Source: Tortispora ganteri
Lineage: Eukaryota
DNA length: 34,873 bases
NCBI GenBank assembly: GCA_003707115.1
Contig: PPNB01000002.1
Span: forward strand, 682,001 to 716,873
Direction of reading: 5' to 3'
The number at the start of each line of letters is the position of its first letter. Positions within the stretch are counted from its first letter, which is position 1. A program made the translations under genes and the position numbers. This document shows positions 30,251 to 34,873 of this stretch, piece after piece. Under the pieces are notes generated by a model that worked only from the letters and a program-made list of their open reading frames with translations, was not told the origin of the DNA and made no database searches.

Positions 30251-33200
30251 CTATTCGCAAAAAGAACCCTCTTTGGAATCTCTAGCTGATCCGGAGAACT
30301 GTCCTCGGCTGCTTTCTGCTTCCACCAGTTCCCATTCATCTTCCGACAGCTCAACTACATACTCCCAGTAATTTGAAACCTTTGAACTTACCTCTTCTGT
30401 CTTCCTGATAACAGAAGGACTGTGAACTGGAAAGTCTCTCCCATGTGTTCCATCTAAGTTGTATATCTCGTACATGGCTCTCTGCACTTTCGACAAGATC
30501 CAGCATTGATTCATGATAACCCATGCTTCTTCGCTATTATCTTCATCCAGATTATCCATGTTATATAAAAGCATTTGAAGTGCTTGTGGAATCTTGGATA
30601 CCATTCTCTCCACGTCTGTCAGACAGACATAAGTTGTCGATAAAATAGACAATGCCAGGAATCGAGTTAATTCGAGTCGCGCCTTAAGGTCTTGAATATC
30701 TTGCGCTGCAAGACTTTTTGCTGAGCAGACAATATCAAATAGCTGGTGTTTCCGACTCTTTGTTAAGAAAGAAAATGTAGCATATATGGTATTGAATGGC
30801 GCTTGTGACCACTTCCTATCGGGGTTCCTGCTGTGGTACTTTGCCGCTTCTCGAAAGCTAGCAGCATATTCATCGTGCATATTTAAATGACTGTTGTACT
30901 TCTCTAATACGTACCTAAGCCGTTTAGCGCGACAAGAGAGGTTTTGATTTTTCCCAGCTTCGAAAAAAATCAAAGCCGGTACAAAATCTTTAGGGTTGCC
31001 TGATCCAACTCCAATATAGTACTCGATAATATCCATTATATCAAAGCACGTAGCAACATCCAGTGCGGTCATTGCGATGTTCTGGATTAATGGCACGTTC
31101 TGTTGAATCATTTGGTGTATAGTTGCCCGTCGTAGTTCACGTGGATCTTGAATGCCTCCACGCAGAATTTCCGCTGTAAGACAATTCTCATGGTTCTCCT
31201 CGTTTCCACTTATAATATCCTCAGAATGCCATGTAACAATATTATGCAGCATATTTATTCCAAACGCATTGCTCTTGTCATCTTTGTCGCTAAGCCTCTT
31301 CGTAATCACCTCGTTGTGGCCTGTTTGCATCAATTTTGACGGGTCTCCAGCAAATATAACAGAAAAGCATCTGTCACTAACGCGTTTGACTTCCTCAGGG
31401 TACTCAGAATCAGCAGATATACGCTTTAGTTCATCAACAAACATCTTCTCCGTCGAGCAATACCATTGGTCATTCTTACTGCATGCTGAACCGTTTTTAT
31501 AAGCTGCGAGTAAAGTGGCAATCAACAGAAGAACCCTTGGTGCTGATCTATTATCTGGTTTGTAGGTTTTGCTTTGTTTAAGCAAAGAAATTATAATGGA
31601 CCAGTACTTCTTTGGAGTATCCAGGTCGTCATAAATGAGAACAAGTAGTTTGCAAGCTTCATAAAGCGGTTGAAAAGAATACCGTGTTAGTTCGCTTGTG
31701 ATAAAACATGCCATGACATCTCGGCAAGAGTCAGGTATACAGTCAGGTTCATGACGCATGATAGTTGTAGTAATAGACAGCAATTCAGCCATGTTCTTGT
31801 CATTAATGTCACTGCGTGTTTGAATGCAAAGCAGCAAAGCAGAAGCTCTCTTAAACTGCAGCATTCTTGGGAATTCATCCGAGATCACCTTTAAGAGAAA
31901 GCAAGCGCTTTGTTGCTTTCTAGTAAATACATCGGTATCCGCGCATATCATGGCCAAGAGCGTACCAGCGACCGCTGGCAGTGCCGATTTTACGCCCTTA
32001 AAAGTATCGAAAAAAGGTACCAAAAGTTTTATAGCACTAGCAAAATCTGAAGCATATACAGAACTCTCGCAGATCACTGAGAGTGCATCAGACTCTGTCT
32101 TGGAAGACTCCAGTATGATTGTAGAAATCGATTTGGAAGCAAAATCACGTACCTGTTGATCGGAATCAGACGTAAAATCCAACAGCAAACCCATTATTCT
32201 AGTTCTAATATTGAATATATTGGATATAGAATTGTGACATTTGGCAAAATATGCTTTCAGCGACTGTATCATCCTTTTGCGAACTGCTAAGCTTGATATA
32301 TTCATCTTGCACCGAATGAAGATGATGAAGGAGTAGGTAGTGGATTCCAGATCACCACTGCTAGCTTGAACAAGTGGCGAGAATGCCGAAAGCGCTGCAC
32401 ATTGTAATTTGGCCTTTTCACTTACAATTGAATCAAACACAAATTGCCTGATATCCTCATCGTTCGATAGATAATCAAATTTAGGCAATATGCTCCCTAT
32501 TGCTGATAAGAGTCGCACTTGCAAATCTAATGTAAGTTTGCTCGAATTCGTAACGAGAATTTTTGAATGACTCAGGACGTTCATTGTCAAGCTCTGGTGC
32601 ATTATAGTAGCAAATTTTCCGTCACCTTTCGCATTAGTATAGTCTGGTTTGTAAGTACAACATTTTTTGGCCCATGTCTCAAACATATCTCTGTTGCCTT
32701 CATCAAGGCAGAGATCATAAACAATGAGTAAAGCTGCAAACTTCAAAGCATGTGAAGTGTAAGGAGTTTCAAGAAGACCGTACTCATCACATTCAGAATA
32801 ATGTGCATTTATTACTGCATTTATATCGCAAAAATCAATAAATTTCTGATGATCTATTTCATAATCTGTAATAGCCACACACAATTTTTTGAATTGGTCG
32901 ATTATAAAGGAAGCAACAGAAGCATGTTTGGTGTCATTTAAGGTCTCCATAAAGGTATCAAGCAACACCTGAATTATTTGAATCCCAGCCGGGTAGTCTG
33001 GTACTTTAAACAGTATGAGCAAATCGTCAAATATAGCGTCTAGCCAACCGAGGAGGCAAGATCCACTATGAAATAGAGAATGCTGCTGCATGGCGGATAC
33101 CATCGACTCAGAAAAGGCTTGAAGATAATCTGTAGTGATATTTTTCATAGAGAGCATCTGCCTTTCCGTTACTGTGCTGTTTATCATGCATTGAGAGTGG

Positions 33201-34459
33201 AGTAATTCCACTACGAGTTTTGTAACGGGAAGAATAGTGTCCCCATTGCTGAGCTTGCAATGGCGTTCAAATTTGTGAGCAAAAGGAGTAGTTGATGTAA
33301 ACGATGGATCTGATACCGTTGTCCATAGTAAAGAAAATAGTTGCATGGCGGGCTCCAAACATAGTTGGTTTGAATCAATGACATTCAAGAGCAAGGTCGC
33401 AGCAGTTGATTGGATATCACCATATGAGGAAGTGGCATAACCAGAATTCTTCACGCTCAGGTATGGGCTGAGAAGCTTGATAAGAATAGAAGACAAGCGA
33501 ATGCGTCCTGACTCAGGGACTTTAATCTTTGGAGACTGAAATAAAGTATTCAAAGCCCATAATGTTCTTACTATACACTCCAATTCGGGGGGAGTGGTCG
33601 ATTCTAGCGTTTCAAGGAACCTCGATAACGCCCAGGAAAGAGAATCACAAATGCCTATCATCGTAGGTTCTGAGATAGTGTTGAAAGATGACAAAAGTGT
33701 TAAATATATTAAACATCTGGTGCAGCAAAGTATTTCTCCCATACGCGTCTGGTTCGTAAAGTTGTTTAACGCAAGTAAACAGATAGCAGTAACCTTGGAC
33801 AACTCCACTTCGATTCCCTCGATGCTTCTTATCTCAGAAGAGTGAACAAGACGGGAAAAAACTGACTCTATCTGTGTAAGATCTCTCGAAGAAGGGGTTT
33901 CTAGAAGTTCAAGGTCATTCAGCAGGCTTTCAATCGACTCTGGTGCATCCAATGTATCGCTGGGCAACTGAACATCTACTGTCGGGCGGTTGTATAAGAC
34001 GCGCTTGAGAGGCCGCTCAGATTCAGAATGGTTATCACGTTTCAGATGTTGTAAGAAATTATTCAGTTTAGTGTCAAGTTTTGGATGTTTCATGTTGGGC
34101 AACTCGCAATCTGAGTTGGCTAATCCTGACAAAACCCGCAACGCATCCGCAGATAGATCTCGAGCGTCAAAATCCAGCATCACCTCATCGCTGCACAGTA
34201 TTTCCGGAACAGGCAAAAATTTCTTAGCCAACTGCTTCGCAAAGTATGGTTTAATGACATCTACAATGTCTTTAGTGTCGTCTATAGACAATGAAGATAG
34301 CGCGTCATCAGACAAAGGGATCGTTCCACAAAGTCTAGGGGCCGGTATAGCATCGATAATAGCTTTGACGGGAAGGATTCCAGTAACCGGCGTAAATTTT
34401 CTAGTATCATCTATAGTCTGAGGCAAAATATTATTTACTTCTTTGAGAGCTCTAGTCAT
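30251..34459 (-). CDS. SCC2: Divergent cohesin loader Scc2/Mis4/NIPBL-like HEAT protein
   Basis: 1402-aa helical protein with FDDLLILFKVPDYPAG, SLAVRKRMIQSLK, DSDQQVRDFA and GSGNPKDFVPALIFFE, matching Scc2 blocks in the expected order. Confidence 0.7.
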   Translation of the reverse strand: MTRALKEVNNILPQTIDDTRKFTPVTGILPVKAIIDAIPAPRLCGTIPLSDDALSSLSIDDTKDIVDVIKPYFAKQLAKKFLPVPEILCSDEVMLDFDARDLSADALRVLSGLANSDCELPNMKHPKLDTKLNNFLQHLKRDNHSESERPLKRVLYNRPTVDVQLPSDTLDAPESIESLLNDLELLETPSSRDLTQIESVFSRLVHSSEIRSIEGIEVELSKVTAICLLALNNFTNQTRMGEILCCTRCLIYLTLLSSFNTISEPTMIGICDSLSWALSRFLETLESTTPPELECIVRTLWALNTLFQSPKIKVPESGRIRLSSILIKLLSPYLSVKNSGYATSSYGDIQSTAATLLLNVIDSNQLCLEPAMQLFSLLWTTVSDPSFTSTTPFAHKFERHCKLSNGDTILPVTKLVVELLHSQCMINSTVTERQMLSMKNITTDYLQAFSESMVSAMQQHSLFHSGSCLLGWLDAIFDDLLILFKVPDYPAGIQIIQVLLDTFMETLNDTKHASVASFIIDQFKKLCVAITDYEIDHQKFIDFCDINAVINAHYSECDEYGLLETPYTSHALKFAALLIVYDLCLDEGNRDMFETWAKKCCTYKPDYTNAKGDGKFATIMHQSLTMNVLSHSKILVTNSSKLTLDLQVRLLSAIGSILPKFDYLSNDEDIRQFVFDSIVSEKAKLQCAALSAFSPLVQASSGDLESTTYSFIIFIRCKMNISSLAVRKRMIQSLKAYFAKCHNSISNIFNIRTRIMGLLLDFTSDSDQQVRDFASKSISTIILESSKTESDALSVICESSVYASDFASAIKLLVPFFDTFKGVKSALPAVAGTLLAMICADTDVFTRKQQSACFLLKVISDEFPRMLQFKRASALLLCIQTRSDINDKNMAELLSITTTIMRHEPDCIPDSCRDVMACFITSELTRYSFQPLYEACKLLVLIYDDLDTPKKYWSIIISLLKQSKTYKPDNRSAPRVLLLIATLLAAYKNGSACSKNDQWYCSTEKMFVDELKRISADSEYPEEVKRVSDRCFSVIFAGDPSKLMQTGHNEVITKRLSDKDDKSNAFGINMLHNIVTWHSEDIISGNEENHENCLTAEILRGGIQDPRELRRATIHQMIQQNVPLIQNIAMTALDVATCFDIMDIIEYYIGVGSGNPKDFVPALIFFEAGKNQNLSCRAKRLRYVLEKYNSHLNMHDEYAASFREAAKYHSRNPDRKWSQAPFNTIYATFSFLTKSRKHQLFDIVCSAKSLAAQDIQDLKARLELTRFLALSILSTTYVCLTDVERMVSKIPQALQMLLYNMDNLDEDNSEEAWVIMNQCWILSKVQRAMYEIYNLDGTHGRDFPVHSPSVIRKTEEVSSKVSNYWEYVVELSEDEWELVEAESSRGQFSGSARDSKEGSFCE

Positions 34460-34476
34460 AAAGAATTCTGTGGAGA

Positions 34477-34504
34477 ACGCGTCTAAGAGCGTATCAAAAC
34501 GCGT
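34477..34504. promoter_or_regulatory. Two MCB (MluI) elements upstream of SCC2
   Basis: ACGCGT at 34477-34482 and 34499-34504. Confidence 0.6.
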
Positions 34505-34596
34505 AGTGACAGTGCGATTAAGGTTAAATGAGTTTGTCCAGTGAACGACGGTAGTAGGGTGAAAGTAGGCCTAGTGAAGGAGAGCGAACAGCGCCC

Positions 34597-34865
34597 CCTA
34601 TTGGCTAGAAATATCACGTGCAAACACCTATACCCTTGAATAAAGTTTTTTAGAACTGCAGAAAGATGTCGAGCAATGCATCCTATTGGCTATATATCAG
34701 GTGATATACCCTATACCCTGGATTAAAGTTGCGCAAAATCACTGAAAGGCCAAAATAACCCTGAACCCTTCCCAAGAAAACGGAAAACCCTAACCTGATT
34801 TTCGAGGCTTCTGATTGGCTGCTTGTAAACTTTAACCTTATTTTTAAATCAGAGCTTCTGATTGG
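34597..34865. promoter_or_regulatory. Promoter-like cluster of CCAAT boxes, an E-box and AACCCT motifs
   Basis: ATTGG at 34600, 34685, 34814 and 34861; CACGTG at 34615-34620; AACCCT at 34757, 34764 and 34786. Confidence 0.5.
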
Positions 34866-34873
34866 TCAGTTTC

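Noticed and set aside
31148..34421. Antisense and alternate-frame ORFs within SCC2 and other genes
   Set aside because: Shadow ORFs of real coding sequences with no independent support.

Overview
Gene-dense, intron-poor ascomycete (yeast-like) nuclear DNA; the species cannot be determined from the sequence. It carries 19 host protein-coding genes: SPS19, a mitochondrial PPR protein, SNO1/PDX2, SWC5, ARO3, PCF11, GGC1, a divergent Mpf1-type PUF protein, SSL1, an MFS sugar porter, an aldo-keto reductase, a VPS9-domain protein, a Cak1/Csk1-like kinase, NDUFAF7, PAF1, an RKM5-like methyltransferase, a Gpr1/Git3-like GPCR, YUH1 and a divergent SCC2. A decayed, internally deleted Ty1/copia element lies at 18319-21176. 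Two ~450-nt spliceosomal introns missed by the ORF track were reconstructed (ARO3 5' end, PCF11 3' end). Most notable: (1) ~1.2 kb upstream of the sugar porter contains only one sense-strand ATG (a 10-codon uORF), plus a 150-codon open in-frame extension, suggesting non-AUG initiation or translational control; (2) a terminal PCF11 intron gives two alternative C-termini, a candidate for intronic-polyadenylation autoregulation; (3) the retroelement has an odd tandem/permuted LTR arrangement and sits inside a tiny divergent promoter; (4) the ARO3 intron contains strong hairpins; (5) telomere-like AACCCT boxes lie just upstream of three Pol II machinery genes. All family assignments come from recalled motifs, not database searches.
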